Assembly: GCF_963676685.1 (NCBI RefSeq)
Contig: NC_092345.1
Location: 22,258,001-22,322,000 of the forward strand
DNA length: 64,000 nucleotides
DNA from: Mytilus edulis
Lineage: Eukaryota
Reading direction: 5' to 3'
The notes beneath the pieces were generated by a model. That model saw only the letters and a program-made list of their open reading frames with translations, did no database searches and was not told where the DNA came from. Position numbers and translations under genes: made by a program. Positions 51,447 to 63,311 of this stretch are shown one piece after another. Each line of letters begins with the position of its first letter. Position 1 is the stretch's first letter.

Positions 51447-52444
51447 AACTCTATATAACACTGCAACTCTATACAACATTGCAATTCTATACCACGCTGT
51501 AATGTATATACAGCACTGCAATGTCTATACAACACTACACTACAATTATATATAACACTCTATACAACATTGTAGTTCTATCTCTATACAACACTTTGCC
51601 AAATAAAGTGTTGCACCACCAAAATAGACTTGTTAGTAAATTGAAATTGCAAATGGAAAGATAGGCAAAATATTGAAATTGCGCTTCATGCGACGAAAAC
51701 ATAACAGTAACACTAAGATCCAGTGAATTAGTACTAAATCCTTTGTCACAAATATAAACATATTAATTTAGTTTTATTGCTAATTGTATACTTTTGATTT
51801 CCACTATCATATGAGACAGTATATATAGCTCTGCTATTCCTTAAAACAATGCAATTGTGAATGTCTTAAATGGAAGTGACAAGCTACGACTAGCGGATAA
51901 AACTGTATATATCTCAGTATAGAATTACAGTGTTGTATATAGTTGCAAAGGTGTTTAATATAGAGCTACAAACTTGTACAGAATTATACAAGCTGTATAG
52001 AATTGTTGCATTGTTGTGTAGGATTTCAGAGTTGTATCAAATCGCTATGTCGAATAGAATTAAAACTACGATTAGCAGAGGAACGTAGGGATGAGGAGTT
52101 GATAAAACGTGATAAAACTGCATATCTCTGTGGCGACATTTGATATATAGAAGAACTGCCCCAACTGGTGTTAACATGCCCATTGTTAAATTGTAAAATG
52201 TATACTGCTCTTTTGCTGTATGATTTTTAAAAATTAAAACTTTGCCTTGACCATTTATATAACTTTTCGTCTGTTTTTCCCGTTAAGCTGCAGTAAAGTA
52301 CGTTTTATGGATATGTACCCTGTCCGAATACTGATAACTTTGTTAAACATACGAATCACTACTATTTATAGATAATAAACCGTTGAACATTTGGTGAACT
52401 TGAAATGTAAACATTGACATAAATTATCTTTACAAGGGTGAAAA

Positions 52445-54557
52445 ATGGTTTCCTTTTATACAGTTGGTTGTATGTCTGGTTCATCTCTGGATGGAATAGA
52501 CTTATGTTATGTTGAATTTACTGGGGATATCGAAACTGATAAATGGCAATACCGGATACTGAAAGCTATTACTGTCTCATATGATACTGACTGGAAATCA
52601 AAACTACGATCAGCTAAGGAACTTATGGGTGAAGATTTAATAAAACTGCATTTAGAGTATGGACATTTCATAGGTAAAACGGTAAAAGACTTTGTTGAGC
52701 ATGAAGATATAAAAAATCTCGATTGTGTTGCATCGCACGGACACACAATTTTCCACCAACCTAACCTTGGATACACGTTCCAGCTTGGAGAAGGAGAAAC
52801 GTCAGCCCATTACCTTAAACAACCTTTTGTATGCAACTTCCGGAACAAAGATGTAGCTCTCGGGGGACAAGGCGCACCTCTGGTCCCAAATGGAGAAAAA
52901 TTCTTGTTTAGCGACAACGAGATATGCATTAATCTTGGTGGGATTGCTAATATCGGTTTGAAAGGTTTACAAGGATATGATATTTGCCCGTGTAACTATG
53001 TGTCAAACAAGCTGGCAGCTATTCACGATCCGAAATTAGAATACGACCCAAACGGCATAATATCGGAGACAGGAACTGTTATAAAAGAGATACTGGGTAA
53101 ATTAGACGCTTTGCATTTCTATGAACAACTTCCACCAAAGTCTCTAGATGCTGAGTGGATTGAAGCTCAAGTATTACCTATCTTAGATGTAAGTTTGGTA
53201 CATGTAATAGCCTTACATTATTATAAATGTTTGTACAAATAACTATTATATAAGTTAGATTTGTCATCAGTGTTAGAATACTGTATTGGTAGCCTAATAA
53301 CTCGAATTATTTTTGTTCAAATTCTTACATCAAAGTATAACAAGAATGGGTAAAATCCTTTGTAGCTTCTTACATATAAATGTAAATGTAAAAAAAAAAA
53401 CTCACTCTATATAGGTATAACATCAGAATTTTTAGAAATCTTACACGAATGAATGGTGGTCCAATGTTTTAAGATAAAAGACTATAAATAAGGGGATAGC
53501 ACCACGGAGACAGAGAGAGCAAAACAGATTCTTCTAGGACTGGGCCTAAAAGCGAAATTAAGAGATAAATCTGTAATGCACGTTGTCTCACTTGATATTG
53601 AAGTAAACATTTATTGTGTTTCAAATATGAAAGAGAAATTTTAGACAAGCTCCATCAGTGGCGGATCCAGAAATTTTCATAAGTGGGGCCCACTTTCTGA
53701 CCCAAGAGGAGGCCCGCTCCAGTCACGCTTCAGTGATTCCCTATATAAGCAACCAAATTTTTTCCCAAAATGGGGGGTCCGGGCCCCCTGCCCCCCCTAA
53801 ATCCGCCTCTGTCCATAAAATAAAATAACATTTAAGTCTGAAAATTTACCAATTTAGCGACATAGAAATTTCTTACATAATTACATGTCTTCGCAAGTTG
53901 TTATTTCTGGTAGGTTTCGTGCGGCTTGTTTATCTTTAATTTTTATAGCAAGATATTTTCAAAAAAATTCCAGGCTACATTCATCTTATACAGTTGATAT
54001 CGTTTAAAAGTTATGTTTTATTCTATCAGTATAAAAAATATGTGTTTAAAGAAGTTTTAGAAATTATAATGAAGAAATGATATACAGTATAGACCATATT
54101 TATTTTCCAGACAACACAGAATAGTATTCCAGATCTTCTAATGACTTACACAGAGCATGTAACCAATAGATTAACTGAAGCATGCAAGCTCGCACGTGAT
54201 TCACTTCATGCTGAAAATAAACTCAAACCTGAACACGTGTTAAAGGTTCTGGTAACAGGCGGTGGTGCTTTTAATAAACACCTTATCAGATTGCTTGAAG
54301 GTAAACTGCAAGATCAGGGATTTATTTTAGAACAGGTCGACGAAGTTACTATTGCCTTCAAAGAAGCTTTGATATTTGCATTCCTTGGTTTACGTTGTCT
54401 GTTGAATCAAACAAATGTTTTCCATTCTGTGACCGGAAGTAAAGCAGATTCCGTTTCTGGAAGCATTCATCGACCAGCACACTTTGTTAACAGTGATTCT
54501 AGGATCATCCGATATCTTTTGGAGAAGAACAAAGATAGGCAAACATCGTGTACATAA
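52445..54557 (+). CDS. anmK: Anhydro-N-acetylmuramic acid kinase (AnmK family), Bacteroidetes-like; exons 52445-53188 and 54111-54557; ~396 aa
   Basis: AnmK signatures in order: GCMSGSSLDGID, ASHGHTIFHQP, FRNKDVALGGQGAPLVP, INLGGIANI, YDICPCN, PPKSL, VTGGGAFN, KEALIFAFLG, SVTG. A phase-0 intron (GAT|gtaagt...ttccag|ACA) joins the two ORFs without stops. Confidence 0.95.
53656..53811. mobile_element. MITE in the anmK intron, 5-bp TSD tccat
   Basis: Inverted near-copy of 10134-10295. Confidence 0.88.
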
Positions 54558-55884
54558 ACACCTTTTAATCAGTGTATTTGTTCTTTGTTTGTTGCTGTAA
54601 ATTTTGAATTAAAGCACATAATTTAAATGATTTCAACAACTAAGCATTATTCGTGGTTACTAAGTAAAGATATTAAAATGTACAAGATGTCAATTAGCCT
54701 CTTTCACATTCAAAACTGTCAAGCCAGTTTGCTTTGAAAAAATATAATATGCAGTATGACTTAGCTGTGTAGTGGGATAATCCCTCATTTTTACAGAAAA
54801 TACAATGGTAATATACTTGTTAAAGCATAGGATACTCAAGACTTAGCAACAGTTTGTTGTTGCCTTTGTTTGAGAGAGTTAGTTACGGGTACTTTGTGCA
54901 GATTGTGGTGAAGTTCATTACTTGTTGTGATGTTTTAAAATACATACAAGAAAAGAACAAAGAACTTATTTCGTACATATGTTATGCTGATACCTTGCAA
55001 GGTCGTCATGGGTCTACTTGTCTTTGACTTCATTTCATGGATCAATGTACAAAGTGAAGTTTTAGTGGTTAAGTCCATATTTCAGATACTATAAGCAATA
55101 GGTCTTCTTTATTGGGTGTATGTAATGATTGGAAGGTGTAGGTATCCAACTGGCAGTTGTCATCTGACCTTGACCTCATTTTTATGGTTCAGTGGTTTAA
55201 TTTAAGTCTGTCTTTTTAATACTGTATGCAATAGGTCAACTTTATTTGGCATTGAGAAATATTTTATGCTATACATGTCCGTTTGGTAGGTTTTACTTGA
55301 CCTCATTTTTACCGTTCATTGCTCAATACTATTTTTTTTTGATTTCATGTTTTCTCAAACTATAAGCAATAAATTAACTACTTCAGGTGTATGGACTGAT
55401 TGCAAGGTGTATAACTCTATATGTCTGTCTGGCAGTTTGTTTCTTAGGTAATTTGATACATTCAAGTGTACTAAAAAAATCATGTCAGGAACAGTGATCT
55501 GACATTATACAGTTAAGACCTATATTTGAATTCAGGTTGACCAAAAGTTAGTAAGGCTTATTGCAAAATTATTAGAATGTTTGCTTAAGCATTGTATAAT
55601 ATCTTATTGTGAATGAATAAGTGAAACATGCATTATTTAGAAGGGAAAAGGATAAATGAAATGGTTTGTTATATATTAACTTATAAAACAAGCTGTGAAA
55701 ATCATTTTTTTAGGGCCATTATTCCTATCAGGAGGTAAAGAAACCATTTTGGCGATAATAACTTATTTCTATATCTTATTTTGCTGAAAATTTTTGACAT
55801 CTCAGTTTTTCTCCCCATGACTTATTTGTACATGTACATCTTGCAGGAAATTAAAGAAGATTTAGATCATGCAGACTATTGTCA

Positions 55885-56965
55885 TTTTTGTCGAGCCTGC
55901 CATTTTAGTTGCAGAAAGCTCGACATAGGGATAGTGATCCGGCGGCAGCGGCGTTAGGTAACTCTTAAAAGCTTTATATTTTAGAAGGTAGAAGACCTGG
56001 ATGCTTCATACTTGGTATATAGATGCCTCATGTTACAAAATTTTGTCAGTCACATGTCCAATTTCCTTGACCTCATTTTCATGGTTCATTGACTACTTGA
56101 AAAAAAAGTTAAGATTTTTTTATGTTAAATTCTCTCTTATTATAAGTAATAGGATAACTAAATTTGGTATGTGCGTACCTTGCAAGGTCCTCATCCCCAT
56201 CAGACAGTTTTCACTTGACCTACACCTCATTTCATGGATCAGTGAACAAGGTTAAGTTTTGGTGGTCAAGTCCACATCTCAGATACTATAAGCAATAGGT
56301 CTAGTATATTCGGTGTATGGAAGGCCTGTAAGATGAACATGATCAACTGGCAGGTGTCATTTGACCTTTACCTCATTTTCATGGTTCAGTGGTTATAGTT
56401 AAGTTTTTGTGTTTTGGTCTGTTTTTCTCATACTGAAAGCAATAGGTCTACTATATTTGGTGTATGATATGATTGTAAGGTGTACATGTCTAGCTGGCAG
56501 GTGTCATCTGACCTTGACCTCATTGTCATGGTTCAGTGGTCAAAGCTAAGTTTTCAAGTTTTGGTAATTATTTTCTAATAATATGTGCAATAGGTCAACT
56601 ATATTTGGTGTATGGAAATATTTTATGATCTTTATGTCAGCCTTGCAGATTAAATTTGACCTTGACCTCATTTTCACAGTTCATTGTTCAGTGTTAAGTT
56701 TTTGTGTTTTGGTCTGTTTTTCTTAAATCATAAGCAATAGGTCAACTATTTTTGTTGTATGGAAGAATTGTTAACTGTACATGCCTGCCTGGCATGGTTT
56801 ATCTGACCTTGATCTGATTTTCATTGTTCATTGGTCAATGTTTAGTTTTCTTGGTAAATGTTAAGTTTATGTGACAGTTGTATAAAAGCTTTATATTTAG
56901 GACTGTTAACATAATATCAATGATTAGTAAAGAAGGGGAGACATTTCAGTGTGTGCACTCTTGTT
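55885..56965 (+). mobile_element. Helentron/HINE-like element with ~150-bp internal tandem repeats; partial related copy at ~54990-55440
   Basis: T-rich 5' end with hairpin (gtcgagc...gctcgac), ggc microsatellite, repeated gaccttgacctcattttcatggttca units, 3' cttgtt. Confidence 0.75.
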
Positions 56966-57952
56966 AATGATTAATTTTTCTCTCTATGTATTGTAAGCCA
57001 GTAACTTAAATTTAAAAAAAAAGATATTTCAAAGGCAATAACTTCTTAATAGGTTGTTTCAAAATTCTGCTGACCTTTTTTCACACACACCAATTTTCTC
57101 TAACTGCAATAGTTTTTAATGTGTATGTCGACAACTTCACTTAAATCTATCTTCTTTTTTTGCAACATAAGCTATGTTTGTTCGAGGGATAAAAACACCA
57201 GATATATAAATTATTTAAACTACATTCTCTACGAAAAATTCAGATGAAGTTTAGTAAAATTTGGCACAGTAGTTTCAGGAGACAATGTTTTCCTCTAACA
57301 AATTACAATGCTTGACTAAACATCTGTGATTCAGTTAAACAGTGCGTAGAAAAGTTCAAAGTTAACCTTTAGAATGAAGATGATTTCTGCAGATCCTACA
57401 AACAATTGATATAGTGACGAAACTCTCAAAATGCTTGAATAAAAAGTCATAAAGGTTTATCTGAAATTTATTTGCTATATGTTTATTATAAATATAAATT
57501 TGTCAATCTAAAATTGCACTTAGTTATTAGTGATACACAACACGTATCAAAATACAAATCATTTTATTCTAATTGCTTACTTGATGGAACTATAGCTATG
57601 TTCAAACATTTTAAACAACAATTTAATAAATAAATACCAAAATGAATTAATTCTCCTGCAAACATTGCAAGATGTCAACATGTTGAAAGTCAAGAATCTT
57701 ACCCAGCTTGCGACAATGATTAAACCTGACTAATTTTACAATTAATTAAGCTAAGTCCATTTTTAAGGTCTCCTGCTATTGGTCCCTACAAAAGTTTTCC
57801 TTTCATGTAAGATAAATGGTATTAAACTTAATCCAAACTATAATATCTGCCATAATATTACACCGGCCTAATTTTTATTCAATTATGTTATAACACCTGC
57901 TGGATGTATTTTTCATCTCAAATTGATTTTATGCTAAATAAAAGTATTTTAA

Positions 57953-60900
57953 TTATTCATAATAATCTTCTATGTGTTCTTGCTCTAATATAGGCTCAGT
58001 CTCTGATATTTTAAATGATGTTCCAGCAGCTCCATGTTCATCATTGCTGGTATCTAGGTCATCTAATAACACAGAAGTCAAATTAACTGACCCTTTACCT
58101 TTGCCTCTTGATTTTGTCTTTCTTAAGTTACGTTTAATCTGTGCACTACTAGCTTTCCCGTGAATGGCATCTTGTTCTGATCCTGAACTAGATTCAGTGG
58201 TAACACTGCTTCCACTCTCCCCTTTAAATGAATGTCTGTCTCTTTCTATTGCTTGCAGACTTGACCGTAATTGTCTTAGAGCTGGACTATTCAACACACT
58301 TGACTTTGCAGTATTAATATTTGGCTTTGCAGTCTCTTGGGACTGCACATCCCTTAATCCAGGATGATGAAATGTAGGTTTGTGTGGTGGTTCAGGCTTT
58401 TTTATTTTTGATGAGGTGTTTTTATCCTGGCAGATATTTTCATCCACCTTTGAAGTAGATTTTTTACCACCTTTATCTTTTAACAGTCTGACCCGATCTG
58501 CATTTCTTAATTGTTCATCAGGAGAGTCTGGATTAGAAGATGAACTGGTTGTATCTCTTCTTGTTTGATGTGGTGAATCTTTTACATCATTTACAGGTGA
58601 GATGTCAGCATGGTGAACAAAGGTATGGTGCTGCAGTCCTGAAACACCTACAGAAAAAAAGATACATTCAACTTACATTTCTTCTTGAAGAATCAGATTT
58701 TACAAAAATTATTTTAATCTCAGACTCAACATCTAAACTGTTAATAATCCTGGTACTTTTGATAACTATTAATATATACACAATAAGAAAGGTTGTATCT
58801 GTTAATAATGATTGAGTAAGGGCCAATGCTTCAATAAATACATTTATCATATATATTTATAGAAAATAATGGTATAATTGTACCCCATGATAAAACTAAC
58901 TTTTACATATATTTATTCGCTAAATTTGAAGAATGGCTTGAACCGTGTGATATGACTTTTGTTATCAACTGCTTTCGGTTTATATCAACTGCTTCTGTTT
59001 CATATCAACTGCTTCCTGTTATTATTGCATGCTTTTCTATAATGTTATTGCATGACATTTCGACGTCATTCAGAAAATTCCGGAAAATACAACTCAATGG
59101 TACGTTTTTGTGTGTAAAACATAACAAAGTTGGATAAAATAATTTTCAGAATGAAGAAATGTATAATTATTAAAAACTGCAAAGTAATATTAAAATACTG
59201 AAATGCATTGATTCAAAGTTTATAAAATAGCTTTAGTCTGCATGTCTTCTGCTGAAATATATGATAACAAGAATGTGTCCATAGTACACAGATGCCCCAC
59301 TCACACTATCATTTTCTTTGTTTAGTGGAACGTAAAATTGGGGTAAAAACTCTAATTTGGCATTAAAATTAGAAAGATCATATCATAGGGAACATGTATA
59401 CTAAGTTTCAAGTTGTTTGGACTTCAACTTCATCAAAAACAACCTTGACCAAAAACTTTAACCAAAAACTTTAACCTGAAACTTTAACCTGAAACTTTGA
59501 CTATCATTTTCAGTGTTCAATTGACCGTGAAATTGGGGTCAAAACTATAATTTGGCATTAAATTTAGAAAGATCATATCATAAGGACCATGTGTACTAAG
59601 TTTCAAGTTGATTGGACTTAAACTTCATCAAAAACTACCTTGCCCAAAACTTCAACCTGAAGCAGGACAGACAGACAAACCAACAGACGGACGCACAGAC
59701 CAGAAAACATAATGCCCCTCTACTATCGTAGGTGGGGCATAAAAAGAACATAATATTTCATTTTTCATATCAGACCCCTTATCAGCTGATGGTCAAAATC
59801 ATCTCTCGAGCCTGTCAGCTCTCTGGCAGATATCATGACCTAGGGCTGATAAGGGGTCTGATATGAAAAATGACATGTTATAAATCTATATTTAACCTAT
59901 TTTTAAGACTTCTATAGGACCCTCACTGCTTCTTGTGTACAGGCTTGAAGTATTACTTTTATAAACTGGCAATTCAAGAAAATAAATGAATACTTTCTAT
60001 TTTAATACAAATTTTCAGAGTGTTTGTTAATGTTTATAAAATTGAAAGCTTAATAAAAAATAAATGTGTAATTAAAATCAGTTTTATCTAAACATTTGGG
60101 TCTTCTTTCATTTTTTAAATATTTACACTCAATGTAAATTGTAATAGATGTTTTATGGTTATGACGAGTATAAACACTGTAGACTGCAGCGGACTGTCAA
60201 AATCACAAAGGCTAACATATAGCCTTTTATCTATAAATTGTACCTAGTACTGGTTTCCTTATTGTCTCCCCTGATTTCCTGTCCCCAAACGGTGTTGTCA
60301 TTTCTGAACTGGTACCAGATGTATTTGTTGATGACTTTGAACTGTCCCCTGTAACTTTATCTGGCATACTGTGTCTCTGTTTTTGAAGCTGTCTGATAAT
60401 TTCCATCTCTAAATTGGTCCTGAAATTGAAAGTCAAATTCTTAGATGGTCACAATGATAATAACATCAATGACAAAGTGAACTCAAAAGTCAGAATCTGA
60501 TGGAAAGCTTACACTTTTTTGGTAACTATAAGAGATTTTTAGCATTTAAAACACTATGTAAGGATTTTATGAGTCTTGCACAGATTTAATTTTCAAAATT
60601 AAAATACCTAACAATGCTCACCTAAAAAATAAGAAGAAACAGTAGAAAGTATTCTAATTCATTGACATGAGAATCTAGAGGCTTTAAAGAGCCTGTGTCT
60701 CTTACCTTGGTCTATGTGCATATTAAACAATGGACAAATGGATTTATGACAAAATTGTGTTTTGGTGATGTTGATGTGTTTGTAGATCTTACTTTACTGA
60801 ACATTCTTGATGCTTACAATTATCTCTATCTATAATGAACTTGGCACAGTAGTTTCAGGGGAAAATATTTTGCAAAAATTTACAAAATTTATGAAAATTG

Positions 60901-63311
60901 TTAATAAACAGCTGCGCCATGAGCGAATGATACGCCTGACGTCTTGTGTGGAAGTTTTATGCAATAATCATAAATAGTTTCTAAGAAAGTTTTAAGCAAT
61001 AACCACATATTGTTTTTGAGACACAGGGGGACATGTGAAACCCCCCCCACCCTGTTTTTTTTTTTACAAAAAACTAAATATCACTAAAATAATTTTTGAA
61101 TCAAAACCAAAAAGTATACAGATCTTTAGATTAATATAACAAAGAAGTGTGTAAAGTTTTAAGCAATAATCATAAATTGTTTTTGAGATACGGCACAACA
61201 TGTAAAAAAAAACCCTCCCCCTTTTTTACAAAATACTCAATAACTCAAAAATGAAATTTTGAATCATCACCAAAAAGAATACAGATCTTCAGATTAATAT
61301 AACAAAGACATGTGTAAAGTTTTAAGCAATAATCATAAATCGTTTTTGAGATATTGTGTGACATGTAAAAAAAACCCTCCCCCTTTTTTACAAAATACTC
61401 AATAACTCAAAAATAAAATTTTGAATCATCACCAAAAAGTATACAGATATTAGGATTAATATAACTAAGAAGTGTTTAAAGTTTTAAGCCATAATCAAGA
61501 ATCGTTTTTGAGATACGGTGTGACATGTGAAAAAAACACACCCCTGTTTTAGTTTCAAAGTGCCGTAACTCAAAAAGTTTTAATCTCATTTTCACCAAAA
61601 AGTATACAGATCATTTGACCATCATAAGAAACAACTATTTTAAGTTTCATGAAATTTGGATAAGTCGTTCTCAAGTTACGGTGCGACATGTTTACGCCGC
61701 ACAGACAGACGGACGGACACCGAACATTTGTATACCATAATATGTCCCGTCAAAATTTTGACGGGCGTATAAAAATTGACTATAAAGGGCAATAACTCCT
61801 TAATAAGGGGTCAATTGACAATTTTGGTTAAGTAGACTTTTTTGTAGGTCTTACTTTGCTGTACATGATTGCTCTTTACATTTTATTTCTATCTATAATA
61901 ATATTCAAGATAATAACCAAAAGCTGCAAAATTTTCTTAAAATTACCAATTCAGGGGCAGCAACCCAACAACCAGTTATCCGATTCATCTAAAAATTTCA
62001 GGGCAGATAGATCTTGACTTGATAAACAATTTTACACCACATCAGATTTGCTCTAAATGCTTTAATTTCAGAGTTATAAGCCAAACTCTACATTTTAACC
62101 TATGTTCTATTTTTAGACATGGCGACCATCTTAGTTGGTTGGCTCGGCTACCAGACACATTTTTTAAACTAGATACCTCAATGATGATTGTGGCCAAGTA
62201 TGGTTTAATTTGGCCAAGTAGTTTCAGAGGAGAAGATTTTTGTAAAAGTAAATGACACAGACAACGAACGACGAACGCCAAGTGATGAGAAAAGCTCACT
62301 TGGTCCTTTGGGCCAGGTGAGCTTAAAACAACTGTCTTTTGTATTTTAAATCTTAAAATAATGGGGATGATTATTAATCATAGAAACAATATTTCACTTC
62401 TTATCTTCATACTGACATGTACCATGTATACCAGTTTTTCTTACCTTATCTGTTTTTCTCTTTCTTTTGTCATTCCATCTGCTGGACTAAGTTTAAACAA
62501 TTGAGCCAGGTTAGGTTCATGTGAACAAAGACTGTCTTCTATCTTGTGTAATTGGTTGTCTAGCCTTTCATCATCTTCTAAATTCACCTGCAGAGTAAAC
62601 GTTTTGAAACTTTTGACAACAACAAAAGAGCAGAAAACAGCTGAAGACCACCAATGGGGTCTTTAAAACAGCGAGAAAATCCTGCGGTGCACTTGGAGGC
62701 GTATATATTCACATTTCGGAAATTAAACATTGGTAAATTATTTGAATCAAAAGAAGTGCAATTCATTGGAACTTATTTACCTTATTTTCAAGAGTATTTT
62801 AACTCAGACCCACCACTTGATATCCCAGCTTCCGAATTTATAGAAATTTAAATCCCAACATCCCGAGATTTGAAAAAGGAATTCAGACATCCGAAAAATA
62901 TCAATCCTGAAATCCGGAGCTTAAAAACACCCCATCCAAACGTCCAGAAAAAGGTCTCCCCCCCCCCTCACATATGTTCCATCAGAATCAGTAAAGTATG
63001 AGGTTGCTTATTTACCTTATTTCTAAGAGTTTTTCTGACCTCAGACCTGCCACTTGATATCCCATCATCCGCTAGTCCGCATGTTCCATCAGAATCAGTA
63101 AAGTATGATGTGGGTTATTTACCTTATTTCTAAGTATTTATCTTACCTCAGACCCACCACTTGATATCCCATCATCCCCTAGTCCATAAGTTCCATCAGA
63201 ATCAGTAAAGTATGAGGTTGGCTTTTCTGGTAACCCATGAGAACCAGTCAATGTGTTTATGCGGAAAAATAATTCATCTACTTGATACTCAACTTCAGCC
63301 ATAGTAAACTC
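57953..63311 (-). CDS. 3' exons of an unidentified gene (S/T-rich, probably disordered C-terminus); exons 63311-63147, 62587-62445, 60419-60244, 58647-57953; likely continues upstream beyond the window
   Basis: Four GT-AG exons join with compatible phases (0, 2, 1) into one open frame: EFTMAEVEYQVDELFFRINTLT...GGSE|VNLEDDERL...KQIR TNLEME...PVLG VSGLQHH...EDYYE*. No family recognised. Confidence 0.8.
59266..59745 (-). mobile_element. Helentron/HINE-like element (intronic)
   Basis: aacaag terminus, two internal repeats, (gaca/gacg)n microsatellite, terminal hairpin atgcccc...ggggcat plus aaaaa. Confidence 0.75.
60673..62328 (-). mobile_element. HINE-like element with a second HINE-like element (60906-61775, ~162-bp repeats x4) nested inside
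   Basis: The outer end has an (acga)n microsatellite and hairpin agctcac...gtgagct. The inner element has repeated ttttaagcaataatcataaat units and hairpin cccgtcaaaattttgacggg. Confidence 0.75.
62770..63221. repeat. ~107-bp tandem triplication of an exon end plus splice donor; one copy interrupted by a ~140-bp insertion
   Basis: ctcagacccaccacttgatatccca and gttccatcagaatcagtaaagtatga each occur three times. Confidence 0.85.

Noticed and set aside
52445-54557. Bacterial contamination, or two separate/pseudogenised anmK fragments
   Set aside because: A canonical in-frame spliceosomal intron joins the halves, carries a MITE shared with another site in the window, and base composition matches the flanks.
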